Below are positions 36,222-45,356 of a DNA stretch of 64,000 nucleotides, piece after piece. Source of the stretch: Candidatus Eiseniibacteriota bacterium (GTDB taxonomy: Bacteria > Arandabacterota > Arandabacteria > Arandabacterales > Arandabacteraceae); assembly GCA_043810925.1 (NCBI GenBank), contig JBDRNT010000036.1, positions 1 through 64,000 of the forward strand, in the 5' to 3' direction. Position 1 is the stretch's first letter. Each line of letters opens with the position of its first letter. Under the pieces are notes generated by a model. It was not told where the DNA came from. It saw only the letters and a list, made by a program, of their open reading frames with translations, and did no database searches. The translations under genes were made by a program, and so were the position numbers.

Positions 36222-37616
36222 CTAATCTTCACCCAGTTCAGCCGGCTTCAGTTTGTTCCTCAGCGTCTGCCTGGAGATTCCAAGCACACGTGCCGCTTTG
36301 CTCTTGTTCCCATCCGCCCAATCGAGGGCCGTCATTATGGCCCTGTGCTCTGCCTCCTTCAGGCTGATCGGCACGTGGCCGCCCCGGCTTGAGATCAAAC
36401 CGGACCCATCCGGTTCCCTTCCTTCCATGATGTCTCGCGGAAGATGCTCCGGCAGGATCAGATCGGTGCTTTCAAGCAGTATCGCTCGCTCTATGACGTT
36501 GCGCAGCTCCCTGACGTTGCCCGGCCAATCATAGTCCACCAGGATCTCGCGCGTCTCTCGCGACAGTCCGCGAACGGACTTCGCCAGTTCCACGTTGAAG
36601 TAGTCTGTGAAATAGAGAGCAAGTATGGGGATATCGCTTTTCCGCTCCCTCAAGGCCGGTACATAGATCGGGATCACCATCAACCGGAAATAGAGATCGT
36701 CGCGGAACCTCCCGTGCCGCATCGCAGCACGCAGATCACGATTCGTCGCGGCTATTATCCTTGTCTTGACCTCAATGTCCTTGACACCGCCTATCCGCCT
36801 GAATCTCTTTGTCTCGATGAGCCTCAGTACCTTGGTCTGGAGATTCGGAGGCATCTCCCCCACTTCATCGAGGAACAGTGAACCACCCTCGGCAAGGTCC
36901 ACGAGGCCTTTCTTCCCGGTCTTGGCATCCGTGAACGCCCCCTTCTCATAGCCGAAGAGCTCGCTCTCAAGAAGATTCTCCGGTACCGTGGCGCAGTTGA
37001 TTTCCATAAAGGGTTTGTCTCTGCCGCTCCCCTGGAAATGAATTGCTTTGGCTACAAGCTCCTTACCCGTGCCGCTTTCGCCCTGTATGAGTACTGTAGA
37101 TGCCTTGCTCGTTGCAACCTTCTCGATCACCTCGGCGATCTTCTGCATGAGCTCGCTCTTACCGAGCACGAAGGTGTCGGAACGGCGGTAGCCTACGATG
37201 ATCTGTCTTACTGATGCGGCTTCACGCTTCAGCCGGGCCCCGTCAAGCGCCCGGTCGACGATATCGAGTATCCTGTCGATCTCAACCGGTTTTGCGACAT
37301 ACTGAGAGGCTCCCAGTCTGGCTGCCTCAAAGGCCATCTCAATCTCAACCTGGCCCGCGACGAGTACGATTGCCGCATCCCTGTTCGCACGCCGGCATGA
37401 TTTGAGGAAATCCACATGGTCCGTCTCAACCTGGTCGGTATCGGCAATGAGGACATCGCACGCAAGACGGCCCAGGAGACCCAGAGCCTCATCAGGTGAG
37501 GACAACTCGGATACTGTGTGACCGGCACCCTGAAGCGCCCTGGTTATTTGTGACCTTGTGGTGCCGTCCTGGCCCAGAACAGCTATCTCAAACCCGCGGC
37601 TGTCTTTCTCAGCCAT
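36222..37616 (-). CDS. Sigma54-dependent activator (REC-AAA+-HTH) with an atypical receiver
   Basis: GESGTGKE, ELFGYEKGAFTDA, FRDDLYFRL, WPGNVREL and an HTH; the receiver acidic pocket is degenerate (VLGQD). Confidence 0.93.
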   Translation of the reverse strand: MAEKDSRGFEIAVLGQDGTTRSQITRALQGAGHTVSELSSPDEALGLLGRLACDVLIADTDQVETDHVDFLKSCRRANRDAAIVLVAGQVEIEMAFEAARLGASQYVAKPVEIDRILDIVDRALDGARLKREAASVRQIIVGYRRSDTFVLGKSELMQKIAEVIEKVATSKASTVLIQGESGTGKELVAKAIHFQGSGRDKPFMEINCATVPENLLESELFGYEKGAFTDAKTGKKGLVDLAEGGSLFLDEVGEMPPNLQTKVLRLIETKRFRRIGGVKDIEVKTRIIAATNRDLRAAMRHGRFRDDLYFRLMVIPIYVPALRERKSDIPILALYFTDYFNVELAKSVRGLSRETREILVDYDWPGNVRELRNVIERAILLESTDLILPEHLPRDIMEGREPDGSGLISSRGGHVPISLKEAEHRAIMTALDWADGNKSKAARVLGISRQTLRNKLKPAELGED

Positions 37617-37685
37617 AATTACCCCTGCGTCAATTTGTAGGTCATCTGGGGTCATAGTATTGAGAATGCCCTGGGAAGTCAACTA

Positions 37686-37922
37686 TCAAGAAGAGATGTT
37701 CTTGTATGCGACTTCTGAGATGAGGCGGGAGGCAATACCGCCGACTACACGCTCGGAATCGTAGTAGCCGCTGCATATCCTGATCCTCGCGGCGAACACC
37801 TTTCTGTCTCTTATTGTGTCGCTCTGCTCGCTGATCTCTTTTGCCATCTGTACACACTGGGATCTGATCTCAGCAGGCAGGTCCTTCACGATCCTCTTAT
37901 TATCTTTTCTATTCAAGGTCAT
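37686..37922 (-). CDS. FlgM-like anti-sigma28 factor
   Basis: C-terminal [18 protein letters not shown]...IASRLI matches the FlgM pattern; lies in a sigma28-driven operon near fliA. Confidence 0.65.
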   Translation of the reverse strand: MTLNRKDNKRIVKDLPAEIRSQCVQMAKEISEQSDTIRDRKVFAARIRICSGYYDSERVVGGIASRLISEVAYKNISS

Positions 37923-38163
37923 CAGGCCCCCCATCCTTCGGGACTCCACGGCCGGACTTCAATCTGTCCTTGCGTGGCGTCTTGGGAACCACCCGTCCGT
38001 TCTCCCTGACTATTGCTTCGTACACCTCTCTCCGGTGAACGGGCACGTCCTTGGGAGCATTAATGCCCAGCTGCACCTGTTCACCCCTTATATCAACAAT
38101 CACAACTTCTATGTTGTCACCTATCATTATTCGTTCGTTGCGCTTCCGTGTAAGAATCAACAA
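37909..38163 (-). CDS. csrA: Carbon storage regulator CsrA
   Basis: MLILTRK..E.I.IGDNIEV...[23 protein letters not shown] start after AGGAGG. Confidence 0.97.
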   Translation of the reverse strand: MLILTRKRNERIMIGDNIEVVIVDIRGEQVQLGINAPKDVPVHRREVYEAIVRENGRVVPKTPRKDRLKSGRGVPKDGGPDDLE

Positions 38164-38179
38164 CTCACTAGCCTCCTGC

Positions 38180-38542
38180 TCAGGAAGCAGACGGACTCAA
38201 TACAGGGATCTCGAGTTCAGCCAGCACATCCTCTACTGCATCACGGATTCTGAAGTATTTCGCCAGCCGGGTGATTCTGAGCATCTTGCCCGCTCTCGAA
38301 TCCACACCGACGAGCCATATCGTACCGCCTGCAGATGTGATCGACTTGGCATTCCCCACCAGCGTGCCCAGACCAGAACTATCCACCCTGGCAACCGCTT
38401 TGAGATCAAGCACGATATTCTTCGAGCCGTCGGCTATAAGCGACTGAATCGCTTCCCCGACAGCGCTGGCAGTATAGACGTCGATTGTGCCGTCTATCTC
38501 CACGATCGTGGAAGAGCCTCTCTGCGCGGTCGATATCTTCAG
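38180..38542 (-). CDS. STAS anti-sigma-factor antagonist (RsbV/SpoIIAA-like)
   Basis: GTIDVYTA and the phospho-Ser motif VDSSGLG. Likely CTG start at 38542; the ORF track gives GTG 38503. Confidence 0.9.
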   Translation of the reverse strand: MKISTAQRGSSTIVEIDGTIDVYTASAVGEAIQSLIADGSKNIVLDLKAVARVDSSGLGTLVGNAKSITSAGGTIWLVGVDSRAGKMLRITRLAKYFRIRDAVEDVLAELEIPVLSPSAS

Positions 38543-38589
38543 AGTCCTTCACCCCCTCCTGACACTGTCTCCGTCCCGTTCATTTATAG

Positions 38590-38617
38590 TTATCGGCAGC
38601 CAGGCGACTTCACTGAA
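38590..38617 (-). promoter_or_regulatory. Sigma28 promoter of the STAS-csrA-flgM-like operon
   Basis: The minus strand reads TTCA-N16-GCCGATAA (perfect -10). Confidence 0.7.
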
Positions 38618-38618
38618 A

Positions 38619-40367
38619 CTACTTTTTCATGCTCGCTACAGCTTGCATAGAATAGATGTCATCTTCAAGTACAGTCCTCGTGACCCGCATGACTTCTTCC
38701 AGGCTCGTGATGCCCGCCGCGACCTTATCGACGCCGTCCTCGAACATCGTCCGGTAGCCCGTGTCTCGGGCCTTTTCGACGAGATCCTGCATGGGAGCAC
38801 GTGAAACGATCAAGCGCTTCATCTTATCGTTCATGACAACGAGCTCGTAGAGTCCGGTCCGTCCCTTGTATCCCGTGCCCTCGCATGCGTCGCACCCGAC
38901 TGCGTGTAAGGGGGCTTCGATCTTCCTGACCTGGCCGGTCTCGGGAATGAAGATGTCGACCGGCGGACTCTGGGTTGCGCACTCACGGCATACCTTCCGC
39001 ACAAGCCTCTGGGCAAGCATCGCGCCAACCGATGAAGCGACGAGGAACGGTTCTATCCCCATATCTATGAGTCTTACGACGCTTGAGATCGCATCGTTCG
39101 TGTGAACGGTCGTGAACACGAGGTGCCCGGTGAGCGCGGCCTGAATGGCTATCTCGGCCGTCTCAGCATCTCGGGTCTCACCCACCATGATGATATCAGG
39201 ATCCTGTCTGAGTAAGGACCTGAGCCCGCTGGCGAACGTGAACCCTGCGACAGGGTTGGTGTGACCCTGGTTTATGCCGGGGATCTGACTCTCCACGGGG
39301 TCTTCGAGCGTGACGATGTTTTTCTCGGTGTCATTCACCTTGTTGAGAGCGGCATAGAGGGTTGTGGTCTTGCCGCTGCCTGTCGGCCCGGTCACGAGCA
39401 CTATTCCGTGTGTCAGCCCGACAACCTGACCGAACTGGCGCAGGATGTCCTCGTTCATTCCCAGTTCCTCAAGCGCAATCGTCGTAGCGCTTCGCTCAAG
39501 GATTCTCATGACCACTTTCTCACCGTGGACAGTCGGGAACGTGGAAACACGAAGGTCGATCTTCCTGCCGGCAACACGCACCGTGAAACGGCCGTCCTGC
39601 GGTATGCGCCGTTCTGCGATGTTGATCCTTGCAAGGATCTTGAGTCTGGAAACCACGGCTGCCTTGAGCATCCTGGGTATCACCAGCTCCTCGTGGAGAA
39701 CGCCGTCCACACGGTACCTTATACTGAGCGATGTGTCACCCGGTTCGACATGGATATCACTGGCCCCTTTGCCTATGGCCCGTTCGATTATAAGATTGGT
39801 GATCTTGACAACCGGGGCTTCCTGGCTGAGCCTCTCGCCGTCGATCTGGTCGTTTTCCTCGGCCTCCTCCGCGGCATCCAACTCGCCGGTCGGAAGGTCC
39901 TCGAGTTCCTCGATCACGTTATCATCCTGGCCGTAGTACATGTCTATTGCGGCACGTATTTCCTCAGGTCTGGCAATAACCGGTTCGACTTCACAACCTG
40001 TCACAAAGCGTATTTCCTTTAGGGTCTCGGAATCGGTTGGATCCGCCATCGCGACCGTGATCGTCTTCTCAACCCTGAAGAGGGGAATCGCCGTTAGATC
40101 TCGTGCCATCGGCTCGGTTACCAGCCTGACAACTTCAGGATCGATCACGGTAGTGCCCAGGCTGATGAATGGGATCTTGAGTTGTTTGGCAAGCGCCTTT
40201 ACTATCTGTTCCTCGGTGGCAAAACCCTCATCAACGGCCACCTGTCCCAGACGCTTCCCCGTCCCCAGCTGTTTTGAAAGAAGCGTTTCGAGATCTTCAG
40301 CACTGATTATGCCCGCTTCGATCAGCAACCCACCCAGTTTGTTCTTCAAGAGTCCTTTTTCGTTCAT
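38619..40367 (-). CDS. PilB/GspE-family ATPase with an N-terminal MshEN c-di-GMP-binding domain
   Basis: Tandem (K/R)LGxxxxxxGxxxxxxLxxxLxxQ-like repeats, ASDIH, GPTGSGKTTT, LRQDPD, TGHLVFTT, tetracysteine and GYKGR motifs. Confidence 0.93.
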   Translation of the reverse strand: MNEKGLLKNKLGGLLIEAGIISAEDLETLLSKQLGTGKRLGQVAVDEGFATEEQIVKALAKQLKIPFISLGTTVIDPEVVRLVTEPMARDLTAIPLFRVEKTITVAMADPTDSETLKEIRFVTGCEVEPVIARPEEIRAAIDMYYGQDDNVIEELEDLPTGELDAAEEAEENDQIDGERLSQEAPVVKITNLIIERAIGKGASDIHVEPGDTSLSIRYRVDGVLHEELVIPRMLKAAVVSRLKILARINIAERRIPQDGRFTVRVAGRKIDLRVSTFPTVHGEKVVMRILERSATTIALEELGMNEDILRQFGQVVGLTHGIVLVTGPTGSGKTTTLYAALNKVNDTEKNIVTLEDPVESQIPGINQGHTNPVAGFTFASGLRSLLRQDPDIIMVGETRDAETAEIAIQAALTGHLVFTTVHTNDAISSVVRLIDMGIEPFLVASSVGAMLAQRLVRKVCRECATQSPPVDIFIPETGQVRKIEAPLHAVGCDACEGTGYKGRTGLYELVVMNDKMKRLIVSRAPMQDLVEKARDTGYRTMFEDGVDKVAAGITSLEEVMRVTRTVLEDDIYSMQAVASMKK

Positions 40368-42166
40368 TTCTGTAAACCCACTGTCTGTGCCGTCAGGCAA
40401 TCCATGTTGTTCTTAAAAGCCCTGCACTCCGCACATCTCTTGTCTGCATGGGGGCTTCCATCCCGGGCCGAGTGACACGCCACCCCCTCGGTGAGGAAAC
40501 AGCGCCAGTCATCCTGCACGTACGCCGGGCAACGGCCCCGGAGCGCGGGATCACAGTCCGTGATCTGCCAGCACTTCCTTGAGCCCACCCCGTCGACATC
40601 GGGATGTATGTTCTTTACCGCCGCGTGTACCGCATCCGCGACATCGTCGATCGTAGTGAGATACATGGAGACTTCATCCCGTATGCGTTCAAGCGAGATC
40701 ATCGACTTATCCAGATCGTCTTCACCCCTTGCCAGCGCCTCCGAAAGAGGTCCGGTGTCAGGAGCTCGTTCAGGCCCATGAGGAGCCGCCACGTCATGGC
40801 CGGTCTGGGACAGCACTTTCACCACCGTTGCGGTGGCAAGTGTCTCTCCCGTCGTCCATTTTGCGAATTTATGCGATTCAAGCCGCCTTGCTATGTCGGT
40901 CACCCTGTGTATCGAGCGAACCACGTGACTACTGTCGATCTTGTGTTCGAACGTCGACGCCGCGATCTGCTTGGCCATGCTTCGTGAAGATTCGAATGAC
41001 TCGAACACTTTCTCAAGCACCATCCCCGCGTTGCGCGTCAGCAGCTCGCCTCTCTCGACTCTCTGCAGGCTCTTCTTCATACCCTGCACGACGTTGGCGA
41101 CATTCTGCTGTACAGCCCTGACGAGGTCACTGATCTCCTGGGTGGAGGAACTTGTTCTTTCCGCAAGTCCCCTTATCTCCTCGGCAACGACCCCGAACGC
41201 CTTGCCGTGTTCACCCGACTGGGCCGCGATGATCGCTGCGTTCAGAGCGAGAAGATTGGTCTCATCTGCAATATCTCCGATCACCTCGACGATCTTACCG
41301 ACCTCTTGCGACCATCGTCCAAGGTCTTCGACTGCGGTCGCAGCCTCTTTGACTGTTGCTATGATGGCTTCGTTCTCTTTAGCCATCTCCCCAACAACCT
41401 TGGTGCCCTCGAGGGCAACCCGGTTGGCGGTGTCTGTTGACGATTCAAGTTCCTTCCCGCTGTTGGCCATATCCTGTAAAAACGAATCAAGACGTGACAT
41501 TGAGTATGCGGTCTCTTCGGTCGAGGCGATCAACTCCTTGGCGTTGTGGTCGACCTCCCTCAGGGTCTCCCCCATCTCTCTCACGCCCGAGATTACCTCA
41601 TCGAGGACGGAACCTACCGCGGAAGGCGCGCCGGCGACCGGAATGCCCATTGCTCCGGGGTTCTCCCCTCCTGCCTTGCTTGCGGGTGCCGAAGATGCGC
41701 CGCCACCGGATGTTTCCCGCGCAGAAGCCAGTGTGGTCTTCAGTGCCGTGCACCTGTCAAGTGCGTTTTGAACCGCCTCGAGGATTCCCGCACCGGTAGT
41801 CTTTGCCGCGTCTCTTGTTCCGGACACCCGGACTGCAATCTCGTAGCAGGTTCTCAGGATCTCCCCGCACGAGAACCTGCGGTCGAGGATCCCGGCCGCG
41901 AAGTCGGAGTAACCGTCAAGACCGGGCACGGCCGTCTGGCTCGCCTCTCTGCCGTTCCTTATGGATTCCGACAGCCTTAGCAGTGGCAGCTCATACCTGA
42001 CCAGCCGCCGCAACCAGACAGCGAAGGACAGTCCGATGAAGATGACCGTGCATACCATCACAATGACGCCCCAGTGGGTAAGCACACCGGCTATGGAACA
42101 GACGAGGGCCAGTCCCATGGATGAAGTCAGGAGCCAGATGTCTCGTGGAACTTTATGCTTCGCCAA
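40364..42166 (-). CDS. Methyl-accepting chemotaxis protein with a C-terminal Cys-rich (two-CW-like) domain
   Basis: Two adjacent N-terminal TM helices, hairpin tip IADETNLLALNAAIIAAQSGEHGKAFGVVAEEIR and a Cys-rich tail; TTG start after AGGAGG. Confidence 0.9.
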   Translation of the reverse strand: MAKHKVPRDIWLLTSSMGLALVCSIAGVLTHWGVIVMVCTVIFIGLSFAVWLRRLVRYELPLLRLSESIRNGREASQTAVPGLDGYSDFAAGILDRRFSCGEILRTCYEIAVRVSGTRDAAKTTGAGILEAVQNALDRCTALKTTLASARETSGGGASSAPASKAGGENPGAMGIPVAGAPSAVGSVLDEVISGVREMGETLREVDHNAKELIASTEETAYSMSRLDSFLQDMANSGKELESSTDTANRVALEGTKVVGEMAKENEAIIATVKEAATAVEDLGRWSQEVGKIVEVIGDIADETNLLALNAAIIAAQSGEHGKAFGVVAEEIRGLAERTSSSTQEISDLVRAVQQNVANVVQGMKKSLQRVERGELLTRNAGMVLEKVFESFESSRSMAKQIAASTFEHKIDSSHVVRSIHRVTDIARRLESHKFAKWTTGETLATATVVKVLSQTGHDVAAPHGPERAPDTGPLSEALARGEDDLDKSMISLERIRDEVSMYLTTIDDVADAVHAAVKNIHPDVDGVGSRKCWQITDCDPALRGRCPAYVQDDWRCFLTEGVACHSARDGSPHADKRCAECRAFKNNMDCLTAQTVGLQK

Positions 42167-42205
42167 CAGAACCTCCTGAGTTCGGCATGATGGCATTCCT
42201 TTTAT

Positions 42206-42233
42206 CTATCGTCAAACACCCGACTTTGCATTA
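42206..42233 (-). promoter_or_regulatory. Sigma28-like promoter of MCP-pilB
   Basis: The minus strand reads TAAT-N16-GACGATAG. Confidence 0.45.
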
Positions 42234-44768
42234 GAGGTTCCGTGCAAGATCAGGTCGGGAAACGTCCCCGGACCCGTCGCGGCCCAGAAGTGCCCGGCTG
42301 AGTGTGCCGCGAATATCGAGAACCCTCACCCCGCTGCCCTTCCACTCGAATACACCGAACGTCGCGAGACCACTGGATCCGTCCTGGAGAGGATCGGGTT
42401 TCAGCCTCTGGTGTGGAAGCACGAAGTGCCCGAGCACTTCAGTGGCACCGAAGCCGCATCTTTCCGGGAACTTAAGCAAGATCATTCTGCGAATGTTCTC
42501 TTGCCCGGCCGCTCCGGGCCCCGGCATCCCGATCAACCCATGACACATTCCCCGGGCGAAGAAGAGACCCTGCCATTCCTTGCCGAGTACGGGCATAGCA
42601 GTGATTCTGCGGGTCGGGATGACCTCGCTCAGCAACCCAAGGGGTACGCCGTATAGATCGCCCCCCCGGCTGAAGACGAGGATTCTGAGCATCCTCTCCC
42701 GCGTCCATTCCTCGGCGGGGGCGGAAGTCCCCGACAGGAGCTCTTCGGCGGTATCGACTCTGACTTCGCATTCACCAGCGGATTCTCTGAGTATCTCCTC
42801 AGGCTGGATTATCACAGCAGCTCTTCCATCGTCCAGTTCCGCAGCGCCTGTAATGAAACGCGGTGCAATCATCGCTGCGGGTAGCGGCCGAGTCACGATA
42901 TCGGTCTCACCGCGTACTCTTTCTACCGCTACCGCACGTCTGCTCTCACCAACGCCCACAATCACGATGAAGCCGGCGTCACGGGGTTCGTCAATCCCGA
43001 ACATTTCCGAGAGCACCGCCACCCTTATATCGACACCCTTGTACGTGATTGTCCCCTTCTCCTCTACCTCTTCACGCCTGGCTCGGGTGAGACGCAGAAC
43101 CTCGACTACGCTGCCGAGCGGTACTACCGCCGGCACGTCGCCCTCTTCCACAAGAATACCTCTCGATACCGCAAGCGCCAGAGGCACCCAGATGGAGAAC
43201 TTGGACCCTTCGCCGGGGTGTGTGTCGACGGTTATCATGCCTCTCATGGCTTCGATCTGGGTCTTGGCGGCATCGAGCCCGACCCCGCGCCCCGAGATTT
43301 CGTCCGCCTCTTCCTTGGTGCTCAAGCCCGCTTTAAAGAGCAGAACAAGCGGAGACTCGCCGTCCTCAAGCCGGATCCCCCTGGCTTTGGCCGAAGCCCT
43401 GACCTTCTCCTCGTCTATGCCGCGGCCATCGTCCTCTATATCGATTCGAATGTGACTGCCGTCCTGTCGGGCCTTGACCAGGATCGTACCCTCAGCGGGT
43501 TTGCCGCTTTGGGTTCTCTCATCGGATGATTCGATCCCGTGGTCGACCGCGTTCCTTATGATGTGGAGTACAGGATCGTGAAGCCGCTGAAGGAGAGCCC
43601 TGTCCACCTGTGTGGACTCGCCCTCAAACGCCAGTTTGAGCGTCTTGCCCCTGTGCCTGGCAAGCCTTCTGACTTCTCCCCTGTAGCGTTCAAACAGCAT
43701 CGAAATGGGTGTCAGTCGCACCGAGGTGATCGAGCCTTCAAGGTCCGCGATCCGCTTGTCGAGCAGGATACCGAGTTTCAGGAGATCGTCCCTGAGCCTC
43801 CTTGTGCGGTCGCTGCGAGGGAGCCTGTTGGCGACTCCCATCAGTCCCGCTCTCACCGTGTAAATCTCGCTCACCGTATTCATCATGGAATCGAGAATCG
43901 CAATATCGACCTTGACCGCAAGCTGCGACTTCACCGGTACGCTATCATCGGCCTTGCTCTCACCAGGGCCCTTTCCGCCTGTATCAGCCTTTTCGGTGCC
44001 CTGACTCACGGGTTGGCCGGACGTACGCTTCCGGGGGGTGATCTCTCGAACCCGGGCGCCCACCACTGCGACCATATTCTCGAACTCGTCGTGGCTACCG
44101 CTGAGCACGTACACGAGACGTATGCTGGATCGTGCGCCTGCCGTGGTGGGAAAGACCCAGATGATCTCACCGAGACCCGCCAGGCTTCTGAGTTTCTCGC
44201 CGTTGGTACCGAAACCTGTGTCACCCGCCCCAATCTCGATGTCATAGACACGGTTCCCGCGCCTCAGACTCTTTACGACCGACCGCTGCTCCAACGGCTG
44301 GAGGTCTCTTAGAATCTCGTCATCGAGAATTGTGTCGAGCTCCGGTGAACCGCCCGTGTCCGTATCCTTAGACTGGGTGCTGAGCGAGGCAAGGAAGGCC
44401 TCTATCTTGCGCACGACTGCGGCGGAATCATCTTCAGCATCATAGCCCGTCGCTCTCTTAAGCAAGATGCCCATCTCGTCGAGAGCTTCAAGAAGGAGAT
44501 CCGCCACCGCGCTGTCGACAGCAAGATCTCCACTGCGTACAAGCTCCAGCAGGTTCTCCACGGCCTCCGCAACCTTCGAAACCCCGTGAAGATCAAACAT
44601 CCCCGCAGTGCCCTTGAGTGAATGGGCTGTGCGAAAGAGCAGGTCCACCTGTGACCGGCCTATCGACTCGTCCGGTTCTCGCCCTGTAAGGCTCCTTGAC
44701 ATCTCCTCGATTGTCTCGGAAGCGTCAGCGATGAAGTCCTGCTTCATCCGCGCCATAGGATCGTGCAT
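42231..44768 (-). CDS. cheA: Chemotaxis histidine kinase CheA with an extra C-terminal CheW-like domain
   Basis: HPt FRTAHSLKG, P4 HIIRNAVDHGIE, DDGRGI and SGRGVGLD, P5, then a second CheW-like domain (LVFSRGGDLYGVPL..LSEVI). Confidence 0.93.
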   Translation of the reverse strand: MHDPMARMKQDFIADASETIEEMSRSLTGREPDESIGRSQVDLLFRTAHSLKGTAGMFDLHGVSKVAEAVENLLELVRSGDLAVDSAVADLLLEALDEMGILLKRATGYDAEDDSAAVVRKIEAFLASLSTQSKDTDTGGSPELDTILDDEILRDLQPLEQRSVVKSLRRGNRVYDIEIGAGDTGFGTNGEKLRSLAGLGEIIWVFPTTAGARSSIRLVYVLSGSHDEFENMVAVVGARVREITPRKRTSGQPVSQGTEKADTGGKGPGESKADDSVPVKSQLAVKVDIAILDSMMNTVSEIYTVRAGLMGVANRLPRSDRTRRLRDDLLKLGILLDKRIADLEGSITSVRLTPISMLFERYRGEVRRLARHRGKTLKLAFEGESTQVDRALLQRLHDPVLHIIRNAVDHGIESSDERTQSGKPAEGTILVKARQDGSHIRIDIEDDGRGIDEEKVRASAKARGIRLEDGESPLVLLFKAGLSTKEEADEISGRGVGLDAAKTQIEAMRGMITVDTHPGEGSKFSIWVPLALAVSRGILVEEGDVPAVVPLGSVVEVLRLTRARREEVEEKGTITYKGVDIRVAVLSEMFGIDEPRDAGFIVIVGVGESRRAVAVERVRGETDIVTRPLPAAMIAPRFITGAAELDDGRAAVIIQPEEILRESAGECEVRVDTAEELLSGTSAPAEEWTRERMLRILVFSRGGDLYGVPLGLLSEVIPTRRITAMPVLGKEWQGLFFARGMCHGLIGMPGPGAAGQENIRRMILLKFPERCGFGATEVLGHFVLPHQRLKPDPLQDGSSGLATFGVFEWKGSGVRVLDIRGTLSRALLGRDGSGDVSRPDLARNL

Positions 44769-44789
44769 ATACGTTTGCCTCCATACGAA

Positions 44790-44817
44790 CAATCGGCACG
44801 TTGGCGACAAGCCTTTA
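44790..44817 (-). promoter_or_regulatory. Sigma28 promoter of cheA
   Basis: The minus strand reads TAAA-N16-GCCGATTG, just upstream of the GGAGG RBS. Confidence 0.7.
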
Positions 44818-44843
44818 TAATTGCTGGAAATGAAGGTGAGATT

Positions 44844-45218
44844 TTACTGCTGGAGAGTCCCTTCCGCCAGATACTGTTCAATCATCAGCCGGTCATAGCT
44901 GTCTATTTCCGTGAAGAAACATCCTATCTCGTATGTCTTAGTCTTGTCGTCGGGTTTCTCAGGAACAATTCGGACCACCATGCCCTCACACACAATGACG
45001 TGTTCCTCATCCTTGCCGGCCGTGTCCCGGATCGGGATTGCTATGGACACCCTGAGTTTGGTGAGTACCGGGACGAAGAAGGGCACCTTGCAATAGAACC
45101 CGCCGGCGCTCAGGTTTACGGTTCTGGCTTTGAATGCGTGTCCGTCGGCGGACAGACCCTTGGCGTCGATCGGCACCTCAAGTGTCGCGCGCCGGTGTTT
45201 TCTCCTCTCCTCAACCAT
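44844..45218 (-). CDS. Stand-alone PilZ domain protein
   Basis: RxxxR (ERRKHRR) and (D/N)xSxxG (NLSAGG) motifs; ATG after AAGGAGGG. Confidence 0.92.
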   Translation of the reverse strand: MVEERRKHRRATLEVPIDAKGLSADGHAFKARTVNLSAGGFYCKVPFFVPVLTKLRVSIAIPIRDTAGKDEEHVIVCEGMVVRIVPEKPDDKTKTYEIGCFFTEIDSYDRLMIEQYLAEGTLQQ

Positions 45219-45356
45219 TCTGCCCTCCTTGCTTGAGCCACCCAATCGTAGCAGATGACGCGACAAAGCCGCAAGATCTTTCCTTAACCATTGACTTCGA
45301 CACGGATTGAAATATCATTAAGTTGGAAGACCGACTTGGGGTATTGGAGGAGAGAC

